NCBI GenBank assembly: GCA_964057225.1 | Contig: OZ059897.1 | Location: forward strand, 3,844,001-3,908,000 | Direction: 5' to 3' | Source of the DNA: Auanema rhodensis | Taxonomy: Eukaryota; Animalia; Nematoda | DNA length: 64,000 nucleotides | Part shown: positions 39,601 to 53,001 of the stretch, in pieces | Layout of the letters: every line of letters begins with the position of its first letter | Numbering within the stretch: the first letter of the stretch is position 1 | Made by a program: the position numbers and the translations under genes | Notes under the pieces: generated by a model | Database searches by the model: none | What the model saw: only the letters and a program-made list of their open reading frames with translations | Told to the model about the DNA's origin: nothing

Positions 39601-42600
39601 TCAACATACACTAATGCATTATTTTTCAAACGATCATAACTAATTTTTGTATAGAGCGTTTCTCAATGTAGTATAGTGCTGTCGATGCGGATTTTTAAGC
39701 TGCGTTGATCTGTGTTATCAGATTTGAGTTAGCTTAAAAATGCACCGAGATATCAACTGATATATGTTCACGCATATATCCTCGATTTTCACACTGAAGA
39801 AATGATTTTTTCGTTGAATAACATTGTCCATCGTCTTTGTCTTGAAAAAAGGAATCTAAAAACATCTACTTTTTGTGAAATTATTTAGAAATTTTTCGGG
39901 AAAATTTTTGTCAAAATGTTTTTGGAAGCAATGTTGAGTGTACATGGGAACTCAACATACACTAATGCATTATTTTTCAAACGATCATAACTAATTTTTG
40001 TATTAAGCGTTTATCAATGTAGTATAGTGCTGTCGATGCGGATTTTTAAGCTGCGTTGATCTGTGTTATCAGATTTGAGTTAGCTTAAAAATGCACCGAG
40101 ATATCAACTGATATATGTTCACGCTTATATCCTCGATTTTCACACTGAAGAAATGATTTTTTCGTTGAATAACATTGTCCATCGTCTTCGTCTTGAAAAA
40201 AGGAATCTAAAAACATCTACTTTTTGTGAAATTATTTATAAATTTTTCGGGAAAATTTTTGTCAAAATGTTTTTGGAAGCAATGTTGAGTGTACATGGGA
40301 ACTCAACATACACTAATGCATTATTTTTCAAACGATCATAACTAATTTTTGTATAGAGCGTTTCTCAATGTAGTATAGTGCATTCGATGCGGATTTTTAA
40401 GCTGCGTTGATCTGTGTTATCAGATTTGAGTTAACTTAAAAATGCACCGAGATATCAACTGATATATGTTCACGCTTATATCCTCGATTTTCACCCTGAA
40501 GAAATGATTTTTTCGTTGAATAACATTGTCCATCGTCTTCGTCTTGAAAAAAGGAATCTAAAAACATCTACTTTTTGTGAAATTATTTAGAAATTTTTCG
40601 GGAAAATTTTTGTCACAATGTTTTTGGAAGCAATGTTGAGTGTACATGGGAACTCAACATACACTAATGCATTATTTTTCAAACGATCATAACTAATTTT
40701 TGTATAGAGCGTTTCTCATTGTAGTATAGTGCATTTAATGCGGATTTTTAAGCTGCGTTGATCTGTGTTATCAGATTTGCGCTAGCTTAAAAATGCACCG
40801 AGTAATCAACTGATATAGGTTCACACTTATATCCTCGATTTTCACCCTGAAGAATTAATTTTTTCGTTGAATAACATTGTCCATCGTCTTTGCCTTGAAA
40901 AAAGAAATCTAAAAACATCTACTTTTTGTGAAATTATTTAGAAATTTTTCGGGAAAATTTTTGTCACAATGTTTTTGGAAGCAATGTTGAGTGTACATGG
41001 GAACTCAGCATACACTAATGCATTATTTTTCAAACGATCATAACTAATTTTCGTATAGAGCGTTTCTCAATGTAGTATAGTGCTGTCGATGCGGATTTTT
41101 AAGCTGCGTTGATCTGTGTTATCAGATTTGAGTTAGCTTAAAAATGCACCGAGATATCAACTGATATATGTTCACACTTATATCCTCGATTTTCACCCTG
41201 AAGAAATGATTTTTTCGTTGAAAAACATTGTCCATCGTATTCGTCTTGAAAAAAGGAATCTAAAAACATCTACTTTTTGTGAAATTATTTAGAAATTTTT
41301 CGGGAAAATTTTTGTCAAAATGTTTTTGGAAGCAATGTTGAGTGTACATGGGAACTCAACATACACTAATGCATTATTTTTCAAACGATCATAACTAATT
41401 TTTGTATTAAGCGTTTATCAATGTAGTATAGTGCATTCGATGCGGATTTTTAAGTTGCGTCGATCTGTGTTATCAGATTTGCGCTAGCTTGAAAATGCAC
41501 CGAGATATCAACTGATATAGGTTCACACTTATATCCTCGATTTTCACCCTGAAGAATTAATTTTTTCGTTGAATAACATTGTCCATCGTCTTTGCCTTGA
41601 AAAAAGGAATCTAAAAACATCTACTTTTTGTGAAATTATTTAGAAATTTTTCGGGAAAATTTTTGTCACAATGTTTTTGGAAGCAATGTTGAGTGTACAT
41701 GGGAACTCAGCATACACTAATGCATTATTTTTCAAACGATCATAACTAATTTTTGTATAGAGCGTTTCTCAATGTAGTATAGTGCTGTCGATGCGGATTT
41801 TTGAGCTGCGTTGATCTGTGTTATCAGATTTCAGTTAGCTTAAAAATGCACCGAGATATCAACTGATATATGTTCACGCTTATATCCTCGATTTTCACAC
41901 TGAAGAAATGATTTTTTCGTTGAATAACATTGTCCATCGTCTTCGTCTTGAAAAAAGGAATCTAAAAACATCTACTTTTCGTGAAATTATTTATAAATTT
42001 TTCGGGAAAATTTTTGTCAAAATGTTTTTGGAAGCAATGTTGAGTGTACATGGGAACTCAACATACACTAATGCATTATTTTTCAAACGATCATAACTAA
42101 TTTTTGTATAGAGCGTTTCTCAATGTAGTATAGTGCTGTCGATGCGGATTTTTAAGCTGCGTTGATCTGTGTTATCAGATTTGAGTTAGCTTAAAAATGC
42201 ACCGAGATATCAACTGATATATGTTCACGCATATATCCTCGATTTTCACACTGAAGAAATGATTTTTTCGTTGAATAACATTGTCCATCGTCTTTGTCTT
42301 GAAAAAAGGAATCTAAAAACATCTACTTTTTGTGAAATTATTTAGAAATTTTTCGGGAAAATTTTTGTCAAAATGTTTTTGGAAGCAATGTTGAGTGTAC
42401 ATGGGAACTCAACATACACTAATGCATTATTTTTCAAACGATCATAACTAATTTTTGTATTAAGCGTTTATCAATGTAGTATAGTGCTGTCGATGCGGAT
42501 TTTTAAGCTGCGTTGATCTGTGTTATCAGATTTGAGTTAGCTTAAAAATGCACCGAGATATCAACTGATATATGTTCACGCTTATATCCTCGATTTTCAC

Positions 42601-43070
42601 ACTGAAGAAATGATTTTTTCGTTGAATAACATTGTCCATCGTCTTCGTCTTGAAAAAAGGAATCTAAAAACATCTACTTTTTGTGAAATTATTTATAAAT
42701 TTTTCGGGAAAATTTTTGTCAAAATGTTTTTGGAAGCAATGTTGAGTGTACATGGGAACTCAACATACACTAATGCATTATTTTTCAAACGATCATAACT
42801 AATTTTTGTATAGAGCGTTTCTCAATGTAGTATAGTGCATTCGATGCGGATTTTTAAGCTGCGTTGATCTGTGTTATCAGATTTGAGTTAACTTAAAAAT
42901 GCACCGAGATATCAACTGATATATGTTCACGCTTATATCCTCGATTTTCACCCTGAAGAAATGATTTTTTCGTTGAATAACATTGTCCATCGTCTTCGTC
43001 TTGAAAAAAGGAATCTAAAAACATCTACTTTTTGTGAAATTATTTAGAAATTTTTCGGGAAAATTTTTGT
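33697..43070. repeat. 7-mer higher-order repeat (2457 bp, ~3.8 copies; monomers 97-123)
   Basis: ORF starts are 34537/36994/39451/41908 and 35239/37696/40153/42610. Rare alleles GCATTTAATG (~35817, ~38274, ~40731), ATTTCAGTT and AAGTTGCGTC all recur at 2457 bp. Confidence 0.95.
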
Positions 43071-46000
43071 CAAAATGTTTTTGGAAGCAATGTTGAGTGT
43101 ACATGGGAACTCAACATACACTAATGCATTATTTTTCAAACGATCATAACTAATTTTTGTATTGAGCGTTTATCAATGTAGTATAGTGCATTCGATGCGG
43201 ATTTTTAAGCTGCGTCGATCTGTGTTATCAGATTTGCGCTAGCTTGAAAATGCACCGAGATATCAACTGATATAGGTTCACACTTATATCCTCGATTTTC
43301 ACCCTGAAGAATTAATTTTTTCATTGAATAACATTGTCCATCGTCTTTGCCTTGAAAAAAGGAATCTAAAAACATCTACTTTTTGTGAAATTATTTAGAA
43401 ATTTTTCGGGAAAATTTTTGTCAAAATGTTTTTGGAAGCAATGTTGAGTGTACATGGGAACTCAACATACACTAATGCATTATTTTTCAAACGATCATAA
43501 CTAATTTTTGTATAGAGCGTTTCTCAATGTAGTATAGTGCATTCGATGCGGATTTTTAAGCTGCGTTGATCTGTGTTATCAGATTTGAGTTATCTTAAAA
43601 ATGCACCGAGATATCAACTGATATATGTTCACGCTTATATCCTCGATTTTCACCCTGAAGAAATGATTTTTTCGTTGAATAACATTTACCATCGTCTTCG
43701 TCTTGAAAAAAGGAATCTAAAAACATCTACTTTTTGTGAAATTATTTATAAATTTTTCGGGAAAATTTTTGTCAAAATGTTTTTGGAAGCAATGTTGAGT
43801 GTACATGGGAACTCAACATACACTAATGCATTATTTTTCAAACGATCATAACTAATTTTCGTATAGAGCGTTTCTCAATGTAGTATAGTGCTGTCGATGC
43901 GGATTTTTAAGCTGCGTTGATCTGTGTTATCAGATTTGAGTTAGCTTAAAAATGCACCGAGATATCAACTGATATATGTTCACGCATATATCCTCGATTT
44001 TCACACTGAAGAAATGATTTTTTCGTTGAATAACATTGTCCATCGTCTTTGTCTTGAAAAAAGGAATCTAAAAACATCTACTTTTTGTGAAATTATTTAG
44101 AAATTTTTCGGGAAAATTTTTGTCAAAATGTTTTTGGAAGCAATGTTGAGTGTACATGGGAACTCAACATACACTAATGCATTATTTTTCAAACGATCAT
44201 AACTAATTTTTGTATTAAGCGTTTATCAATGTAGTATAGTGCTGTCGATGCGGATTTTTAAGCTGCGTTGATCTGTGTTATCAGATTTGAGTTAGCTTAA
44301 AAATGCACCGAGATATCAACTGATATATGTTCACGCTTATATCCTCGATTTTCACACTGAAGAAATGATTTTTTCGTTGAATAACATTGTCCATCGTCTT
44401 CGTCTTGAAAAAAGGAATCTAAAAACATCTACTTTTTGTGAAATTATTTATAAATTTTTCGGGAAAATTTTTGTCAAAATGTTTTTGGAAGCAATGTTGA
44501 GTGTACATGGGAACTCAACATACACTAATGCATTATTTTTCAAACGATCATAACTAATTTTTGTATAGAGCGTTTCTCAATGTAGTATAGTGCATTCGAT
44601 GCGGATTTTTAAGCTGCGTTGATCTGTGTTATCAGATTTGAGTTAACTTAAAAATGCACCGAGATATCAACTGATATATGTTCACGCTTATATCCTCGAT
44701 TTTCACCCTGAAGAAATGATTTTTTCGTTGAATAACATTGTCCATCGTCTTCGTCTTGAAAAAAGGAATCTAAAAACATCTACTTTTTGTGAAATTATTT
44801 AGAAATTTTTCGGGAAAATTTTTGTCAAAATGTTTTTGGAAGCAATGTTGAGTGTACATGGGAACTCAACATACACTAATGCATTATTTTTCAAACGATC
44901 ATAACTAATTTTTGTATTGAGCGTTTATCAATGTAGTATAGTGCATTCGATGCGGATTTTTAAGCTGCGTCGATCTGTGTTATCAGATTTGCGCTAGCTT
45001 GAAAATGCACCGAGATATCAACTGATATAGGTTCACACTTATATCCTCGATTTTCACCCTGAAGAATTAATTTTTTCATTGAATAACATTGTCCATCGTC
45101 TTTGCCTTGAAAAAAGGAATCTAAAAACATCTATTTTTTGTGAAATTATTTAGAAATTTTTCGGGAAAATTTTTGTCAAAATGTTTTTGGAAGCAATGTT
45201 GAGTGTACATGGGAACTCAACATACACTAATGCATTATTTTTCAAACGATCATAACTAATTTTTGTATAGAGCGTTTCTCAATGTAGTATAGTGCATTCG
45301 ATGCGGATTTTTAAGCTGCGTTGATCTGTGTTATCAGATTTGAGTTATCTTAAAAATGCACCGAGATATCAACTGATATATGTTCACGCTTATATCCTCG
45401 ATTTTCACCCTGAAGAAATGATTTTTTCGTTGAATAACATTTACCATCGTCTTCGTCTTGAAAAAAGGAATCTAAAAACATCTACTTTTTGTGAAATTAT
45501 TTATAAATTTTTCGGGAAAATTTTTGTCAAAATGTTTTTGGAAGCAATGTTGAGTGTACATGGGAACTCAACATACACTAATGCATTATTTTTCAAACGA
45601 TCTTAACTAATTTTTGTATAGAGCGTTTCTCAATGTAGTATAGTGCTGTCGATGCGGATTTTTAAGCTGCGTTGATCTGTGTTATCAGATTTGAGTTAGC
45701 TTAAAAATGCACCGAGATATCAACTGATATATGTTCACGCTTATATCCTCGATTTTCACACTGAAGAAATGATTTTTTCGTTGAATAACATTGTCCATCG
45801 TCTTCGTCTTGAAAAAAGAAATCTAAAAACATCTACTTTTTGTGAAATTATTTATAAATTTTTCGGGAAAATTTTTGTCAAAATGTTTTTGGAAGCAATG
45901 TTGAGTGTACATGGGAACTCAACATACACTAATGCATTATTTTTCAAACGATCATAACTAATTTTTGTATAGAGCGTTTCTCAATGTAGTATAGTGCTGT

Positions 46001-49000
46001 CGATGCGGATTTTCAAGCTGCGTTGATCTGTGTTATCAGATTTGAGTTAGCTTAAAAATGCACCGAGATATCAACTGATATATGTTCACGCTTATATCCT
46101 CGATTTTCACACTGAAGAAATGATTTTTTCGTTGAATAACATTGTCCATCGTCTTCGTCTTGAAAAAAGGAATCTAAAAACATCTACTTTTTGTGAAATT
46201 ATTTATAAATTTTTCGGGAAAATTTTTGTCAAAATGTTTTTGGAAGCAATGTTGAGTGTACATGGGAACTCAACATACACTAATGCATTATTTTTCAAAC
46301 GATCATAACTAATTTTTGTATAGAGCGTTTCTCAATGTAGTATAGTGCATTCGATGCGGATTTTTAAGCTGCGTTGATCTGTGTTATCAGATTTGAGTTA
46401 ACTTAAAAATGCACCGAGATATCAACTGATATATGTTCACGCTTATATCCTCGATTTTCACCCTGAAGAAATGATTTTTTCGTTGAATAACATTGTTCAT
46501 CGTCTTCGTCTTGAAAAAAGGAATCTAAAAACATCTACTTTTTGTGAAATTATTTAGAAATTTTTCGGGAAAATTTTTGTCAAAATGTTTTTGGAAGCAA
46601 TGTTGAGTGTACATGGGAACTCAACATACACTAATGCATTATTTTTCAAACGATCATAACTAATTTTTGTATTGAGCGTTTATCAATGTAGTATAGTGCA
46701 TTCGATGCGGATTTTTAAGCTGCGTCGATCTGTGTTATCAGATTTGCGCTAGCTTGAAAATGCACCGAGATATCAACTGATATAGGTTCACACTTATATC
46801 CTCGATTTTCACCCTGAAGAATTAATTTTTTCATTGAATAACATTGTCCATCGTCTTTGCCTTGAAAAAAGGAATCTAAAAACATCTACTTTTTGTGAAA
46901 TTATTTAGAAATTTTTCGGGAAAATTTTTGTCAAAATGTTTTTGGAAGCAATGTTGAGTGTACATGGGAACTCAACATACACTAATGCATTATTTTTCAA
47001 ACGATCATAACTAATTTTTGTATAGAGCGTTTCTCAATGTAGTATAGTGCATTCGATGCGGATTTTTAAGCTGCGTTGATCTGTGTTATCAGATTTGAGT
47101 TATCTTAAAAATGCACCGAGATATCAACTGATATATGTTCACGCTTATATCCTCGATTTTCACCCTGAAGAAATGATTTTTTCGTTGAATAACATTTACC
47201 ATCGTCTTCGTCTTGAAAAAAGGAATCTAAAAACATCTACTTTTTGTGAAATTATTTATAAATTTTTCGGGAAAATTTTTGTCAAAATGTTTTTGGAAGC
47301 AATGTTGAGTGTACATGGGAACTCAACATACACTAATGCATTATTTTTCAAACGATCATAACTAATTTTCGTATAGAGCGTTTCTCAATGTAGTATAGTG
47401 CTGTCGATGCGGATTTTTAAGCTGCGTTGATCTGTGTTATCAGATTTGAGTTAGCTTAAAAATGCACCGAGATATCAACTGATATATGTTCACGCATATA
47501 TCCTCGATTTTCACACTGAAGAAATGATTTTTTCGTTGAATAACATTGTCCATCGTCTTTGTCTTGAAAAAAGGAATCTAAAAACATCTACTTTTTGTGA
47601 AATTATTTAGAAATTTTTCGGGAAAATTTTTGTCAAAATGTTTTTGGAAGCAATGTTGAGTGTACATGGGAACTCAACATACACTAATGCATTATTTTTC
47701 AAACGATCATAACTAATTTTTGTATTAAGCGTTTATCAATGTAGTATAGTGCTGTCGATGCGGATTTTTAAGCTGCGTTGATCTGTGTTATCAGATTTGA
47801 GTTAGCTTAAAAATGCACCGAGATATCAACTGATATATGTTCACGCTTATATCCTCGATTTTCACACTGAAGAAATGATTTTTTCGTTGAATAACATTGT
47901 CCATCGTCTTCGTCTTGAAAAAAGGAATCTAAAAACATCTACTTTTTGTGAAATTATTTATAAATTTTTCGGGAAAATTTTTGTCAAAATGTTTTTGGAA
48001 GCAATGTTGAGTGTACATGGGAACTCAACATACACTAATGCATTATTTTTCAAACGATCATAACTAATTTTTGTATAGAGCGTTTCTCAATGTAGTATAG
48101 TGCATTCGATGCGGATTTTTAAGCTGCGTTGATCTGTGTTATCAGATTTGAGTTAACTTAAAAATGCACCGAGATATCAACTGATATATGTTCACGCTTA
48201 TATCCTCGATTTTCACCCTGAAGAAATGATTTTTTCGTTGAATAACATTGTCCATCGTCTTCGTCTTGAAAAAAGGAATCTAAAAACATCTACTTTTTGT
48301 GAAATTATTTAGAAATTTTTCGGGAAAATTTTTGTCAAAATGTTTTTGGAAGCAATGTTGAGTGTACATGGGAACTCAACATACACTAATGCATTATTTT
48401 TCAAACGATCATAACTAATTTTTGTATTGAGCGTTTATCAATGTAGTATAGTGCATTCGATGCGGATTTTTAAGCTGCGTCGATCTGTGTTATCAGATTT
48501 GCGCTAGCTTGAAAATGCACCGAGATATCAACTGATATAGGTTCACACTTATATCCTCGATTTTCACCCTGAAGAATTAATTTTTTCATTGAATAACATT
48601 GTCCATCGTCTTTGCCTTGAAAAAAGGAATCTAAAAACATCTATTTTTTGTGAAATTATTTAGAAATTTTTCGGGAAAATTTTTGTCAAAATGTTTTTGG
48701 AAGCAATGTTGAGTGTACATGGGAACTCAACATACACTAATGCATTATTTTTCAAACGATCATAACTAATTTTTGTATAGAGCGTTTCTCAATGTAGTAT
48801 AGTGCATTCGATGCGGATTTTTAAGCTGCGTTGATCTGTGTTATCAGATTTGAGTTATCTTAAAAATGCACCGAGATATCAACTGATATATGTTCACGCT
48901 TATATCCTCGATTTTCACCCTGAAGAAATGATTTTTTCGTTGAATAACATTTACCATCGTCTTCGTCTTGAAAAAAGGAATCTAAAAACATCTACTTTTT

Positions 49001-52000
49001 GTGAAATTATTTATAAATTTTTCGGGAAAATTTTTGTCAAAATGTTTTTGGAAGCAATGTTGAGTGTACATGGGAACTCAACATACACTAATGCATTATT
49101 TTTCAAACGATCTTAACTAAATTTTGTATAGAGCGTTTCTCAATGTAGTATAGTGCTGTCGATGCGGATTTTTAAGCTGCGTTGATCTGTGTTATCAGAT
49201 TTGAGTTAGCTTAAAAATGCACCGAGATATCAACTGATATATGTTCACGCTTATATCCTCGATTTTCACACTGAAGAAATGATTTTTTCGTTGAATAACA
49301 TTGTCCATCGTCTTCGTCTTGAAAAAAGGAATCTAAAAACATCTACTTTTTGTGAAATTATTTATAAATTTTTCGGGAAAATTTTTGTCAAAATGTTTTT
49401 GGAAGCAATGTTGAGTGTACATGGGAACTCAACATACACTAATGCATTATTTTTCAAACGATCATAACTAATTTTTGTATAGAGCGTTTCTCAATGTAGT
49501 ATAGTGCTGTCGATGCGGATTTTTAAGCTGCGTTGATCTGTGTTATCAGATTTGAGTTAGCTTAAAAATGCACCGAGATATCAACTGATATATGTTCACG
49601 CTTATATCCTCGATTTTCACACTGAAGAAATGATTTTTTCGTTGAATAACATTGTCCATCGTCTTCGTCTTGAAAAAAGGAATCTAAAAACATCTACTTT
49701 TTGTGAAATTATTTATAAATTTTTCGGGAAAATTTTTGTCAAAATGTTTTTGGAAGCAATGTTGAGTGTACATGGGAACTCAACATACACTAATGCATTA
49801 TTTTTCAAACGATCATAACTAATTTTTGTATAGAGCGTTTCTCAATGTAGTATAGTGCATTCGATGCGGATTTTTAAGCTGCGTTGATCTGTGTTATCAG
49901 ATTTGAGTTAACTTAAAAATGCACCGAGATATCAACTGATATATGTTCACGCTTATATCCTCGATTTTCACCCTGAAGAAATGATTTTTTCGTTGAATAA
50001 CATTGTTCATCGTCTTCGTCTTGAAAAAAGGAATCTAAAAACATCTACTTTTTGTGAAATTATTTAGAAATTTTTCGGGAAAATTTTTGTCAAAATGTTT
50101 TTGGAAGCAATGTTGAGTGTACATGGGAACTCAACATACACTAATGCATTATTTTTCAAACGATCATAACTAATTTTTGTATTGAGCGTTTATCAATGTA
50201 GTATAGTGCATTCGATGCGGATTTTTAAGCTGCGTCGATCTGTGTTATCAGATTTGCGCTAGCTTGAAAATGCACCGAGATATCAACTGATATAGGTTCA
50301 CACTTATATCCTCGATTTTCACCCTGAAGAATTAATTTTTTCATTGAATAACATTGTCCATCGTCTTTGCCTTGAAAAAAGGAATCTAAAAACATCTACT
50401 TTTTGTGAAATTATTTAGAAATTTTTCGGGAAAATTTTTGTCAAAATGTTTTTGGAAGCAATGTTGAGTGTACATGGGAACTCAACATACACTAATGCAT
50501 TATTTTTCAAACGATCATAACTAATTTTTGTATAGAGCGTTTCTCAATGTAGTATAGTGCATTCGATGCGGATTTTTAAGCTGCGTTGATCTGTGTTATC
50601 AGATTTGAGTTATCTTAAAAATGCACCGAGATATCAACTGATATATGTTCACGCTTATATCCTCGATTTTCACCCTGAAGAAATGATTTTTTCGTTGAAT
50701 AACATTTACCATCGTCTTCGTCTTGAAAAAAGGAATCTAAAAACATCTACTTTTTGTGAAATTATTTATAAATTTTTCGGGAAAATTTTTGTCAAAATGT
50801 TTTTGGAAGCAATGTTGAGTGTACATGGGAACTCAACATACACTAATGCATTATTTTTCAAACGATCATAACTAATTTTCGTATAGAGCGTTTCTCAATG
50901 TAGTATAGTGCTGTCGATGCGGATTTTTAAGCTGCGTTGATCTGTGTTATCAGATTTGAGTTAGCTTAAAAATGCACCGAGATATCAACTGATATATGTT
51001 CACGCATATATCCTCGATTTTCACACTGAAGAAATCATTTTTTCGTTGAATAACATTGTCCATCGTCTTTGTCTTGAAAAAAGGAATCTAAAAACATCTA
51101 CTTTTTGTGAAATTATTTAGAAATTTTTCGGGAAAATTTTTGTCAAAATGTTTTTGGAAGCAATGTTGAGTGTACATGGGAACTCAACATACACTAATGC
51201 ATTATTTTTCAAACGATCATAACTAATTTTTGTATTAAGCGTTTATCAATGTAGTATAGTGCTGTCGATGCGGATTTTTAAGCTGCGTTGATCTGTGTTA
51301 TCAGATTTGAGTTAGCTTAAAAATGCACCGAGATATCAACTGATATATGTTCACGCTTATATCCTCGATTTTCACACTGAAGAAATGATTTTTTCGTTGA
51401 ATAACATTGTCCATCGTCTTCGTCTTGAAAAAAGGAATCTAAAAACATCTACTTTTTGTGAAATTATTTATAAATTTTTCGGGAAAATTTTTGTCAAAAT
51501 GTTTTTGGAAGCAATGTTGAGTGTACATGGGAACTCAACATACACTAATGCATTATTTTTCAAACGATCATAACTAATTTTTGTATAGAGCGTTTCTCAA
51601 TGTAGTATAGTGCATTCGATGCGGATTTTTAAGCTGCGTTGATCTGTGTTATCAGATTTGAGTTAACTTAAAAATGCACCGAGATATCAACTGATATATG
51701 TTCACGCTTATATCCTCGATTTTCACCCTGAAGAAATGATTTTTTCGTTGAATAACATTGTCCATCGTCTTCGTCTTGAAAAAAGGAATCTAAAAACATC
51801 TACTTTTTGTGAAATTATTTAGAAATTTTTCGGGAAAATTTTTGTCAAAATGTTTTTGGAAGCAATGTTGAGTGTACATGGGAACTCAACATACACTAAT
51901 GCATTATTTTTCAAACGATCATAACTAATTTTTGTATTGAGCGTTTATCAATGTAGTATAGTGCATTCGATGCGGATTTTTAAGCTGCGTCGATCTGTGT

Positions 52001-53001
52001 TATCAGATTTGCGCTAGCTTGAAAATGCACCGAGATATCAACTGATATAGGTTCACACTTATATCCTCGATTTTCACCCTGAAGAATTAATTTTTTCATT
52101 GAATAACATTGTCCATCGTCTTTGCCTTGAAAAAAGGAATCTAAAAACATCTATTTTTTGTGAAATTATTTAGAAATTTTTCGGGAAAATTTTTGTCAAA
52201 ATGTTTTTGGAAGCAATGTTGAGTGTACATGGGAACTCAACATACACTAATGCATTATTTTTCAAACGATCATAACTAATTTTTGTATAGAGCGTTTCTC
52301 AATGTAGTATAGTGCATTCGATGCTGATTTTTAAGCTGCGTTGATCTGTGTTATCAGATTTGAGTTATCTTAAAAATGCACCGAGATATCAACTGATATA
52401 TGTTCACGCTTATATCCTCGATTTTCACCCTGAAGAAATGATTTTTTCGTTGAATAACATTTACCATCGTCTTCGTCTTGAAAAAAGGAATCTAAAAACA
52501 TCTACTTTTTGTGAAATTATTTATAAATTTTTCGGGAAAATTTTTGTCAAAATGTTTTTGGAAGCAATGTTGAGTGTACATGGGAACTCAACATACACTA
52601 ATGCATTATTTTTCAAACGATCATAACTAATTTTTGTATAGAGCGTTTCTCAATGTAGTATAGTGCTGTCGATGCGGATTTTTAAGCTGCGTTGATCTGT
52701 GTTATCAGATTTGAGTTAGCTTAAAAATGCACCGAGATATCAACTGATATATGTTCACGCTTATATCCTCGATTTTCACACTGAAGAAATGATTTTTTCG
52801 TTGAATAACATTGTCCATCGTCTTCGTCTTGAAAAAAGGAATCTAAAAACATCTACTTTTTGTGAAATTATTTATAAATTTTTCGGGAAAATTTTTGTCA
52901 AAATGTTTTTGGAAGCAATGTTGAGTGTACATGGGAACTCAACATACACTAATGCATTATTTTTCAAACGATCATAACTAATTTTTGTATAGAGCGTTTC
53001 T
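42121..53001. repeat. 5-mer higher-order repeat (1755 bp, ~6 copies) organised as a 10-mer (3510 bp); monomers 121-151
   Basis: The 92-aa ORF monomer lies at 43573, 45328, 47083, 48838, 50593 and 52348 (1755 period). CTATTTTTTG at 45131/48641/52151, CATTGTTCAT at 46491/50001 and ORFs at 45769/49279/52789 show a 3510 period. Confidence 0.95.
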
